Shown piece by piece: positions 1-6,826 of a stretch of 64,000 bases of DNA. The stretch lies in NCBI GenBank assembly GCA_035763885.1, contig DASUAH010000034.1:104-64103 (forward strand). Direction: 5' to 3'. The number at the start of each line of letters is the position of its first letter. Position 1 is the first letter of the stretch. A program made the position numbers and the translations under genes. The notes beneath the pieces were generated by a model. The model saw only the letters and a list, made by a program, of their open reading frames with translations. It had not been told where the DNA came from and searched no databases. The stretch is from Gemmatimonadales bacterium. Lineage in GTDB: Bacteria > Gemmatimonadota > Gemmatimonadetes > Gemmatimonadales > GWC2-71-9.

Positions 1-123
1 CGCGTCGGGCTCGTGGCGGGCGAGCTCGCGGTACAGGAACGCGGCGTCGGCTTCGTCCTGGAGGTGGTGGAGCCAGTCGACGGGGGCGGGGGCGGGGGCG
101 GGAAGGGGGGCGGGGGCAGACAT
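1..123 (-). CDS. partial CDS (first 41 codons; continues past window start), hypothetical protein
   Basis: Reverse-strand ATG at 123-121, then an open frame to the window edge: MSAPAPLPAPAPAPVDWLHHLQDEADAAFLYRELARHEPDA. GC3 bias is strong. There is only a weak resemblance to ferritin-like/VIT-type N-termini, and the ORF is too short to appear in the ORF track. Confidence 0.4.
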   Translation of the reverse strand, partial: MSAPAPLPAPAPAPVDWLHHLQDEADAAFLYRELARHEPDA

Positions 124-136
124 GGCAGGAAGGTAG

Positions 137-178
137 ATGGACCGATGGACGGATGGACAGATCCGTCCATCTGTCCAT
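137..178. repeat. array of ATGGAC hexamers (3 direct, 2 inverted) forming alternative hairpins
   Basis: ATGGAC starts at 137, 145 and 153 (8-bp period), and its complement GTCCAT at 165 and 173. Alternative 10-bp stems are 145-154/161-170 or 151-160/171-180. It lies in the 97-bp divergent gap between the minus-strand ATG at 123 and the sigma-factor ATG at 221. Confidence 0.8.
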
Positions 179-183
179 CCTTT

Positions 184-213
184 GCGACTTTCCGACCACC
201 CGGGGCATCTTTA
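184..213 (+). promoter_or_regulatory. possible ECF-type autoregulated promoter (GCGACTT-N17-TCTTTA)
   Basis: Loose match to the ECF pattern GGAACTT-N16/17-TCnnA. The -10-like element ends 7 nt before ATG 221, implying a leaderless transcript. By-eye pattern only. Confidence 0.2.
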
Positions 214-220
214 GGCAGCC

Positions 221-778
221 ATGACCAGAGCGCTCTCGATGGACTCGTACCTGCTGGCCGACGCAAAGGGTGTCGTGGCGCAGGCGAAGGCCGGCGACCC
301 TGCCGGGTTCGAGGCCCTGTACCGCGCGTTCGAATCCCCGGTGTACAATCTCTGCCGCCGGATCTGCCGCACCGCCGAGGACGCGGAGGACGTGCTGCAG
401 GAGACCTTTCTCGAGGTCTGTCGGAGCATTGGACAGTTCCGGGAGGACGGGAGCCTTTGGGGGTGGGTCCGCACGATCGCGGCCAGCAAGGCGCTCATGC
501 GGCTGCGCCGGAACAAGTACCGCGACACCGACGAGCTGCAGGACGGGATAGTGGTGGGGCGGGCACGCGACGATCACCACCTCCGCATGGATCTGGAGGC
601 GGCCCTCGAGCGGCTTCCCGAGGTGTCCCGAGCCGTGGTCTGGCTGCACGATGTCGAGGGGTACACGCACGAGGAGATCGCGGGCATGATGGGCAAGACG
701 GCGAGCTTTTCGAAGTCGCAGCTTGCCCGTGCGCACGCCCGGCTGCGCCGCTGGCTGGGCGAGGAGCCGGTAGGATGA
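221..778 (+). CDS. ECF-family RNA polymerase sigma-70 factor
   Basis: 185 aa. Sigma region 2 (DAEDVLQETFLEV...GSLWGWVRTIA) and region 4 (VVWLHDVEGYTHEEIAGMMGKTASFSKSQLARARARL-like HTH) are recognisable. Confidence 0.9.
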   Translation: MTRALSMDSYLLADAKGVVAQAKAGDPAGFEALYRAFESPVYNLCRRICRTAEDAEDVLQETFLEVCRSIGQFREDGSLWGWVRTIAASKALMRLRRNKYRDTDELQDGIVVGRARDDHHLRMDLEAALERLPEVSRAVVWLHDVEGYTHEEIAGMMGKTASFSKSQLARAHARLRRWLGEEPVG

Positions 779-1386
779 CACATCTCACGATTGAACAGTT
801 GATCGGCCAGCGCGAGCCGGGCGTCGAGCCGGGGGATCAGGCCGCGCGGGTCCACCTCGAGGCTTGCGAGAGCTGCCGGGCCGAGCTTGACCGGTTGCAC
901 CAGCGGGTCGCGCGGCTCAAGGCCCTGCCGGCGCTCCGCCCGTCGCGAGACCGCTGGCCAGTGATCAGGGCGCGGCTGGTCGCGGAACGGCGGGCGCTGC
1001 GGATGCAGCGCATCCGCCGTGTGGCGCTCGCGGGACTGGCCGCCGCGGCTTCCGTCACGCTGGTAGTGACCCTCCGCGACGTGGCCGCGCCGGAGCCGGC
1101 CAGCGCGGCCACGGAAATCTCCCGCGCGATGGAACGTTCCCGCGCGCTTGAGCGGACCATAGACCTGTATCACCCGGAGTCCCGGGTGCTGGACGGGCGG
1201 ACCGCCCGGATTGCCCAGGAGATCGAGGACCGGATCGCGGCCCTCGACCGGGAGCTGGAGTTGCTCGACGTGGCCGAGGACGCGGCCCGCGACACCCGGC
1301 AGCTCCGGCTCTGGCGCGAGCGCGTCGGACTCCTCGATGCGCTGGTGGACGTTCACCTCACCCGGGCCAGCAACGTGGGGCTGTGA
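775..1386 (+). CDS. zinc-binding (ZAS/zf-HC2) anti-sigma factor, single-pass membrane protein
   Basis: ATG 775 overlaps the sigma stop (ATGA). HLEACESC matches H-x3-C-x2-C. One hydrophobic helix (VALAGLAAAASVTLVVTL). It is the in-frame C-terminal part of the 13..1386 track ORF. Confidence 0.8.
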   Translation: MTHLTIEQLIGQREPGVEPGDQAARVHLEACESCRAELDRLHQRVARLKALPALRPSRDRWPVIRARLVAERRALRMQRIRRVALAGLAAAASVTLVVTLRDVAAPEPASAATEISRAMERSRALERTIDLYHPESRVLDGRTARIAQEIEDRIAALDRELELLDVAEDAARDTRQLRLWRERVGLLDALVDVHLTRASNVGL

Positions 1387-2285
1387 TGAGGCATCGGGCG
1401 AGGGGGTACCGGGGCGTGGCGGCGGTCGCCGCGGCGCTGCTGGCGATACCCGCCGGTGTCGGCGCGCAGGAGGGTCCCCGGCGGGGCGGACAGCCGGAGG
1501 CCGCGCCGCCCCGCGACCGGGCCGAGATCGTGATCACCCGGCGCGCGCGGCTGGGACTCAAGGTCAACCTCCAGGCGCGGCAGACCGATTCGACCGGGGC
1601 GTACGTGGATCTCGTCACGCCCGGCGGCCCGGCCGATGTCGCCGGCCTGAGAGCTGGCGACGTCATCACCCAACTCGACGGCCAGTCGCTGAACGAGGGC
1701 TCCCGCACGGCCCAGCCTGGCCGGTCTCTCCCGGGCCTCCGGCTGATTCGCCTGGCTGCCCGGCTCGACCCCGGCGACACTGTCGCGGTCGAATACCTGC
1801 GCGGTGCGGAGCGTCGGAGGACCTCGCTGGTCACGGGAGACGACCATCTCGTGCACCTGGAGCAGCATCGCATCGCCCGTGGCATTGCCCGCGCGATGGA
1901 CGGGGTCGCGCCCTGGATCCAGCTCCGGGACAGCCCTGCCTACGCCGAGCGGCGGTTCGAGTTCCCCGCACCCGCCTTCGAGCTCTTTCTCGCCGGCGAC
2001 CTGGGCGAGCTCGAGCTCGCTCCGCTCAACCCCGATCTGGGCCAGTACTTCGGGACCGGCGATGGGGTGCTCGTGATCAGCGCGCCGAAGGGCTCGCCTC
2101 TCAGGCTCCGTGGCGGCGACGTTGTCCTCGCCGTGGACGGCCGGAGACCGGCCGGCCCGCCGCACCTCCTGCGGATCCTGCGCAGCTACGATGGCGGCGA
2201 GACCTTCACGCTCGAAATCATGCGCAACCGCCGCCGGGAGCGCATGTCCGCAAGCATCAACAGCCCGGAGAGCGCCGACCGGTAG
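1383..2285 (+). CDS. PDZ domain-containing periplasmic protein
   Basis: GTG 1383 overlaps the anti-sigma stop (GTGA). The N-terminus is signal-like (VAAVAAALLAIPAGVGAQE). Two PDZ-like segments are present (GAYVDLVTPGGPADVAGLRAGDVITQLDG; GVLVISAPKGSPLRLRGGDVVLAVDG). Confidence 0.8.
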   Translation: MMRHRARGYRGVAAVAAALLAIPAGVGAQEGPRRGGQPEAAPPRDRAEIVITRRARLGLKVNLQARQTDSTGAYVDLVTPGGPADVAGLRAGDVITQLDGQSLNEGSRTAQPGRSLPGLRLIRLAARLDPGDTVAVEYLRGAERRRTSLVTGDDHLVHLEQHRIARGIARAMDGVAPWIQLRDSPAYAERRFEFPAPAFELFLAGDLGELELAPLNPDLGQYFGTGDGVLVISAPKGSPLRLRGGDVVLAVDGRRPAGPPHLLRILRSYDGGETFTLEIMRNRRRERMSASINSPESADR

Positions 2286-2356
2286 CCGCGTGTGCGCCCG
2301 CTCACAGAGGAGCGGGGCCGGGTGCCATATATTCAGGTCCAATCCCGGAGGGAATT

Positions 2357-2623
2357 ATGGGCTTCCTGTGGACCTTGATCATTGGTCTGGTCGTTGGTGC
2401 GATCGCCAAGCTGCTCATGCCCGGAAAGGATCCGGGCGGCTTCATTGTGACGATGCTGTTGGGTGTGGCAGGTGCTCTGCTTGCCGGCTTCCTGGGCCGC
2501 GCCCTCGGCTGGTACGCCGACCCGGGTTCGGGTCCCGGGATCATCGCGTCGGTGCTCGGCGCGATGCTGCTGCTGTTCCTGTACCGGCTCTTCGTGGGTC
2601 GCCTCAGGACGACGGTTCCCTGA
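2357..2623 (+). CDS. GlsB/YeaQ/YmgE family small membrane stress protein
   Basis: MGFLWTLIIGLVVGAIAKLLMPGKDPGGFIVTMLLGVAGALLAGFLG is typical of the family. GGAGGG Shine-Dalgarno lies 5 nt upstream of ATG 2357. Confidence 0.85.
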   Translation: MGFLWTLIIGLVVGAIAKLLMPGKDPGGFIVTMLLGVAGALLAGFLGRALGWYADPGSGPGIIASVLGAMLLLFLYRLFVGRLRTTVP

Positions 2624-2627
2624 AGAT

Positions 2628-2683
2628 GAGTGAGAAGTAAGAAGTGAGAAGACCTCTCACTTCTCACTTCTTACTTCTCACTC
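2628..2683. terminator. perfect 24-bp inverted repeat (bidirectional terminator candidate)
   Basis: GAGTGAGAAGTAAGAAGTGAGAAG (2628-2651), 8-nt loop, then its exact reverse complement (2660-2683). It fills the 61-nt gap between the convergent stops at 2623 (+) and 2685 (-). No U-tract on either side. Confidence 0.6.
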
Positions 2684-2684
2684 C

Positions 2685-4418
2685 TCACACGACCTCCAGC
2701 CTGGCCGCCCGCCCCGCGCTGCCGGGGTGCACCTGCCGTGCCAGTGCCCCGAACTGCTCCGGGTTCAGGCTCTGGTATCCGTCGCTCAGCGCCTTTGCCG
2801 GGTCCGGGTGGACCTCCACGATCAGACCGCACGCTCCGGCCGCGAGCGCCGCGACGCTCAGCGGGGCCACCAGCGACGCGATGCCGGCGGCGTGGCTGGG
2901 ATCAACGACCACCGGCAGATGGGTCCGCTCGCGCACCAGGGCCACTGCGTTGAGGTCGAGGGTGTGCCGCGTCGCCCGCTCGAACGTGCGGATGCCCCGC
3001 TCGCAGAGCACCACGTGGGGATTGCCCTCCGCCAGGACGTACTCCGCCGCCATGAGCCACTCCTCGACGGTGGCGCCGGCGCCCCGTTTGAGCAGGATCG
3101 GCTTGCCGCTCCGGCTCGCCGCGCGCAGCAGCGAGAAGTTCTGCATGTTCCGCGCGCCGATCTGGAGCATGTCGGCGAAGTGGGCGACCACCGGCACCTC
3201 TTCCCAGCTCAGCACCTCGGTGACCACCGGCAGTCCGGTCCGCTCGCGCGCCTGCGCGAGGTAGCGGAGCCCCTTCACCCCGAGACCCTGGAAATCGTAC
3301 GGCGAGGTCCGTGGCTTGTAGGCGCCGCCCCGGAGCATGTCGCCGCCCGCCTGCGCCACCACCTGCGCGGTCTCCAGGATCATCGCCTCGCTCTCGACCG
3401 AGCACGGCCCGCCGATGAGCACCGGCTGCGGGCCGCCGAAATCGAGGTGGCCGACCCTCACCACCGTGCCCTCCGGATTCCGGCGGCGATCCACCAGCGG
3501 CACATCCGGCTTCTTCCCGTGGTGGGCCGGGGTGGGAACGGGCGTCGCGAAACGGAGCGCGCCGTCCGGCCAGGCCTCGTAGCTCCCCAGCACGATGACC
3601 TGAACCGCCAGAGCCTCGACCTCCTCCAGCGCTTCGGCCACGCGCGGGTCCGTGGCCGCGCCGGCCACGTCGACGTAGAAGCGATAGGTCCACGGCTTGG
3701 ACCGCTCCGGCCGGGACTGCAACGCGGTCATGTTTACGCCTCGGGCGCCGAACGCCTGCAGCGTGAGCGCGAGCATCCCGGGCTTGTGGTCCACGCAGGC
3801 GATGATCGACGTCTTGAACGGCACCCCCGGATTCTGCGGCAGCGGCGCGGCGGCGCGCGAGAAGGCCAGAAACCGGGTCTGATTGGTGGGATCGTCCTCG
3901 ATCCGCTCGGCGAGGGGGACCAGGCCATGCGCGTCCGCCGCATGTCGCGCGGCGATCGCCGCCCACGCCGGGTTGGCCTCGCGCGCGACGATTTCCGCGC
4001 TGCCGGCGGTGTCCCACGCGCTCACCAGTTCGGCGTCGGGCAGGTGCTTCCCGAGCCAGATCCGGCATTGCCCCAGCGCCACGGGGTGCGAGAGCACGCG
4101 GCGGACCTGCGCGAGGTCCGCGCCGGGCAGTCCCATCAGGGTGTGATGGACCGGCAGCAGGATCTCGTGGGTGAGCCGGAGCTCCCCGTCGCCGAACGCC
4201 TCGTGTAGCAGGTCGTAGGTGGTGGTCACCGATCCGATGAGCGAGTTCTCGATCGGCAGGATGCCCGCATCGGCGCGGCCCTCCCGCACGGCCGCGACCA
4301 CGTCCTGCACCTCGCGGCAGGGTACCGGCTCGAGCTCGCGCCAGCGCCGCCGCGCGGCTGCCTCGCTGAAGGAGCCGACGGCTCCCTGAATTGCTACGCG
4401 CATCGGGGTGTGCTCCAT
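2685..4418 (-). CDS. bifunctional prephenate dehydratase (PDT+ACT) / 3-deoxy-7-phosphoheptulonate (DAHP) synthase type I-beta fusion
   Basis: The N-terminal ~290 aa look PheA-like ([16 protein letters not shown]...[12 protein letters not shown]; ESRP-type ACT region [18 protein letters not shown]). The C-terminal ~280 aa look AroF/KdsA-like ([15 protein letters not shown]...[13 protein letters not shown]...LLKRG...VDPSH). An alternative start is ATG 4403. Confidence 0.9.
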   Translation of the reverse strand: MEHTPMRVAIQGAVGSFSEAAARRRWRELEPVPCREVQDVVAAVREGRADAGILPIENSLIGSVTTTYDLLHEAFGDGELRLTHEILLPVHHTLMGLPGADLAQVRRVLSHPVALGQCRIWLGKHLPDAELVSAWDTAGSAEIVAREANPAWAAIAARHAADAHGLVPLAERIEDDPTNQTRFLAFSRAAAPLPQNPGVPFKTSIIACVDHKPGMLALTLQAFGARGVNMTALQSRPERSKPWTYRFYVDVAGAATDPRVAEALEEVEALAVQVIVLGSYEAWPDGALRFATPVPTPAHHGKKPDVPLVDRRRNPEGTVVRVGHLDFGGPQPVLIGGPCSVESEAMILETAQVVAQAGGDMLRGGAYKPRTSPYDFQGLGVKGLRYLAQARERTGLPVVTEVLSWEEVPVVAHFADMLQIGARNMQNFSLLRAASRSGKPILLKRGAGATVEEWLMAAEYVLAEGNPHVVLCERGIRTFERATRHTLDLNAVALVRERTHLPVVVDPSHAAGIASLVAPLSVAALAAGACGLIVEVHPDPAKALSDGYQSLNPEQFGALARQVHPGSAGRAARLEVV

Positions 4419-4424
4419 GGGGTG

Positions 4425-4466
4425 GAAAAAACACGACGCCCCGCCGGCAAGGCCCGGCAGGGCGTC
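4425..4466 (-). terminator. intrinsic terminator / attenuator hairpin directly upstream of the pheA-DAHPS start
   Basis: Minus-strand RNA GACGCCCUGCCGG-GCCUUG-CCGGCGGGGCGUC gives a 13-bp stem with one G-U, followed by GUGUUUUUUCC. It ends 6 nt before ATG 4418. Confidence 0.7.
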
Positions 4467-4498
4467 GAAGGGTCCGTTCTGGGGTCAGGCCTGCGCGA

Positions 4499-4573
4499 CT
4501 ACTCCCCGAACCGGACGCGTCGAGCCGCGCCGGAGGCGGTAAAGTAGAAGAACCAGTACGCGCGCATTGCCAT
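4499..4573 (-). CDS. 24-aa aromatic-rich leader peptide MAMRAYWFFYFTASGAARRVRFGE
   Basis: ATG 4573 to TAG 4499 on the minus strand. Six consecutive aromatic codons (Y W F F Y F) lie between the promoter-like element and the terminator, upstream of an aromatic amino-acid biosynthesis gene. Confidence 0.6.
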   Translation of the reverse strand: MAMRAYWFFYFTASGAARRVRFGE

Positions 4574-4581
4574 GATCCGGG

Positions 4582-4610
4582 AGTGTACCCGTCGCCGCGC
4601 CGGCCGTCAA
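4582..4610 (-). promoter_or_regulatory. sigma70-like promoter TTGACG-N17-TACACT for the leader/pheA-DAHPS transcript
   Basis: -35 at 4610-4605 and -10 at 4587-4582 on the minus strand, with exactly 17-nt spacing. The leader ATG begins 9 nt after the -10, so the transcript is near-leaderless. Confidence 0.5.
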
Positions 4611-4650
4611 GGCAGGGGGTAGTCCAAAGTCCGGCGCCCCGCCGCCGTCG

Positions 4651-4656
4651 TATAAT
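4651..4656 (+). promoter_or_regulatory. perfect TATAAT -10 box upstream of the DUF3187-like gene
   Basis: TATAAT is rare at this GC content and lies in the divergent intergenic region. No convincing -35 was found. Confidence 0.3.
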
Positions 4657-4664
4657 TTGGGAGA

Positions 4665-5678
4665 GTGTTCCCATCGCCACGCCCGCTGCCGGAGACCCGC
4701 GTGCATCCCTTCACGAGCGGCCGACCCGAAGCCGTCATCGTCGCCTGCTGCCTGGCGACCGCTGCCCCGGCACGAGCACAGGGGCTCCCACCGTGGGGCC
4801 CGATCAACCCGGCCGCCGGGTCGCGCAGCGGACTGTACTTTCAGCCCACCGTGGATTCGGCGCCGGGCCGATGGCGGGCGGCGGTCTCCGTGGACTACGG
4901 CAGCGCGATCGAGTACAACCTCCCCGCCGTGCGGCCGAGCTACCTGCTGGACGTCGAGCTCCTGCGGGTCAACCTGGCGGTCCAGCGCCAGCTCGGCCCG
5001 CGCACCTTCGCGCTTGCCGAGCTGCCCCTGCTCGGGGCGTACGGCGGGTTCCTGGACGGGTTCCTCAAGTGGTACCACGACCTGCTCGGCGTCCCGATGC
5101 CGGAGCGGGATCTCCGGCCGAACAACGCGTTCGCCTACGAGCTTACCCCGCCCAACGGCGTGCAGGTGACCCGGGAGCAGTCGGACCTCTTTATCGGCGA
5201 CCTGCGACTGGGCGCGGCGTACCGGCTCACGCCGGACCTGCAGACCGTGCTCTCGGTCACGTTCCCCACCAGTACGGGGCCTGCCGGGTACGGCCGGGGA
5301 ACCCTTTCGCTCAGCTCGATCAACACCGTGCGCGTGCCCTTCGCGTCCCGGTTCGTGTACGAGGGGAGCCTGGGCCTCGGGGTCACGCCCAGCCACGGAG
5401 AGACGGCGGAGTTTCAGCGTGAGGTCTTCCTGGCGGCGACCTCCGGACTCCGGTTTCGATTCTGGGGGCGCCAGTCGGTCTTCGTGAACTTCCTGTATCA
5501 CTCGCCGTACTATGACGGGGTCGCCCTGCCCGCGCTCGACCAGCGTGAACTGTCGCTCGATTTCGGCTGGATTCTCGCAGCCAGCCACGGGCGCGAATGG
5601 CGGCTGGGGATGGTGGAAGACCTGGAGCCGAGCGGGCCGGGAATCGATCTGGTATTTCGGGTGGGGGTGAGCTTCTAG
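4665..5678 (+). CDS. putative outer-membrane beta-barrel protein (DUF3187-like)
   Basis: Signal-like AVIVACCLATAAPARAQG, alternating beta-strand pattern and C-terminal ...VFRVGVSF. A more likely start is GTG 4701, preceded by GGAG at 4691. The family call is from memory only. Confidence 0.65.
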   Translation: MFPSPRPLPETRVHPFTSGRPEAVIVACCLATAAPARAQGLPPWGPINPAAGSRSGLYFQPTVDSAPGRWRAAVSVDYGSAIEYNLPAVRPSYLLDVELLRVNLAVQRQLGPRTFALAELPLLGAYGGFLDGFLKWYHDLLGVPMPERDLRPNNAFAYELTPPNGVQVTREQSDLFIGDLRLGAAYRLTPDLQTVLSVTFPTSTGPAGYGRGTLSLSSINTVRVPFASRFVYEGSLGLGVTPSHGETAEFQREVFLAATSGLRFRFWGRQSVFVNFLYHSPYYDGVALPALDQRELSLDFGWILAASHGREWRLGMVEDLEPSGPGIDLVFRVGVSF

Positions 5679-5697
5679 CTAGCCCATAGCCCATCGC

Positions 5698-5943
5698 TCA
5701 TCGCCCACTGCGCACCTCAAAGAGGAACTGTTCCATCTGCTGATAGAGGAATTCCTTCGCCTGGGCGTCGCGGAGGTTGAGCGCGTAATGGTTGATGAGC
5801 TGCTGCTGCAACTTCAGCCAGTCGCCCCAGCAGACGCCGCAGATCTGCTCGAACGCGCGGCGGCCCAGGTCGGTTGGAAACGGCTGGAACGCCATCGAGG
5901 CCCGATCCTGACCGCAGCGCACGCAGTGCACGGTGCTCGCCAT
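5698..5943 (-). CDS. yggX: Fe(2+)-trafficking / oxidative-damage protection protein YggX
   Basis: 81 aa. VHCVRCGQD...FQPFPTDLGRRAFEQIC...W..WLKLQQQLINHYALNL...EFLYQQMEQFLF matches the YggX pattern. Confidence 0.85.
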   Translation of the reverse strand: MASTVHCVRCGQDRASMAFQPFPTDLGRRAFEQICGVCWGDWLKLQQQLINHYALNLRDAQAKEFLYQQMEQFLFEVRSGR

Positions 5944-6014
5944 GAGCGAATCTTACCATTGCCGGCGCGGGTGTGACAGCGCGCACCGCAGGCGCGTCTC
6001 GGTGGGTATAACGG

Positions 6015-6305
6015 TCAGGGGAGGAGTTGGCGCTGGCTCCATTCCGCGCGATCGAGCGCGCGCACGGCGCTTGCAGTTCCGAAGCCGGTGCCGAGGGCGA
6101 ACGCGGCCACCGCACCGGCGCCGACCAGCGGCAGCAGCATGAACGGGCTGGCGACCACCGCCGCGGCGGCGCCGGCGATCCACGGCGCCCACGGAGACCG
6201 CACGGCGTCCACGAAACGGAGCCGCCGGGTCACGAAATCGCGAGCGAGGCGAAACCCGCCGTACCCGGCGGCGATGGTCAGGATGAGGGCGAGCGTAGCA
6301 TACAT
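6015..6305 (-). CDS. small hypothetical membrane protein (96 aa, 2-3 TM helices)
   Basis: MYATLALILTIAAGYGGF...WIAGAAAAVVASPFMLLPLVGAGAVAAFALGTGFG. ATG at 6305 within the longer track ORF 6015..6776. Confidence 0.5.
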   Translation of the reverse strand: MYATLALILTIAAGYGGFRLARDFVTRRLRFVDAVRSPWAPWIAGAAAAVVASPFMLLPLVGAGAVAAFALGTGFGTASAVRALDRAEWSQRQLLP

Positions 6306-6393
6306 GAGCGGCTCTCGTTCACGAGCTGAAGTTGTCATGTTACAGTACGGAACGCCCGGTGCCCGGGATTCAAGGGACCCAACGGAGGCTGCC

Positions 6394-6822
6394 ATGCTCA
6401 AGCACCCCACCGTCCTGGTGCCCAATATCGGACCGATGGACCATGCCTGGGACCTGCTGGGCGAGTGGCGCACCGAGCTGGAGCTGCCCAACGGGGAGGA
6501 CACCGTCCACGGGAGGGTGACCTTCCGAAGCTGGGCCGACGCGGAGCTGGAGTTCGATCCGCTAGAGGCGGCGCTCGCAGGCATCCCGGCGACCGTGCCG
6601 CTCGAGCGGGCCAGCGACATCCACCTCACCGACGCCGGTGGTGGCGCGCTCCAGTGGGTGCTGCTCGCCCCCTCGTGCAACTGGGCCCTGCAGGCCACGA
6701 TGTGGCCCGGCTCGCTGCACCTGTTCGTGCACGATGCCGAGGATGACGACGAGGAGCTGTACCGGGCGAGAGCCACGCGGACGGCGGAGTACTACGCCCG
6801 GAAATACCCGGTCGAGCGATGA
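6394..6822 (+). CDS. hypothetical protein (142 aa)
   Basis: ATG 6394 is preceded by AACGGAGG. GC3 is high. No family recognised. The upstream part of track ORF 6088..6822 is antisense to the membrane-protein gene. Confidence 0.55.
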   Translation: MLKHPTVLVPNIGPMDHAWDLLGEWRTELELPNGEDTVHGRVTFRSWADAELEFDPLEAALAGIPATVPLERASDIHLTDAGGGALQWVLLAPSCNWALQATMWPGSLHLFVHDAEDDDEELYRARATRTAEYYARKYPVER

Positions 6823-6826
6823 GCGG

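Noticed and set aside
13-1386. 457-aa track ORF spanning the whole sigma/anti-sigma region
   Set aside because: Its first ~250 codons overlap the well-supported ECF sigma gene (221-778) in another frame and are Gly/Arg/Pro-rich, which is a GC artefact. Only the part from ATG 775 (the anti-sigma factor) is credible.
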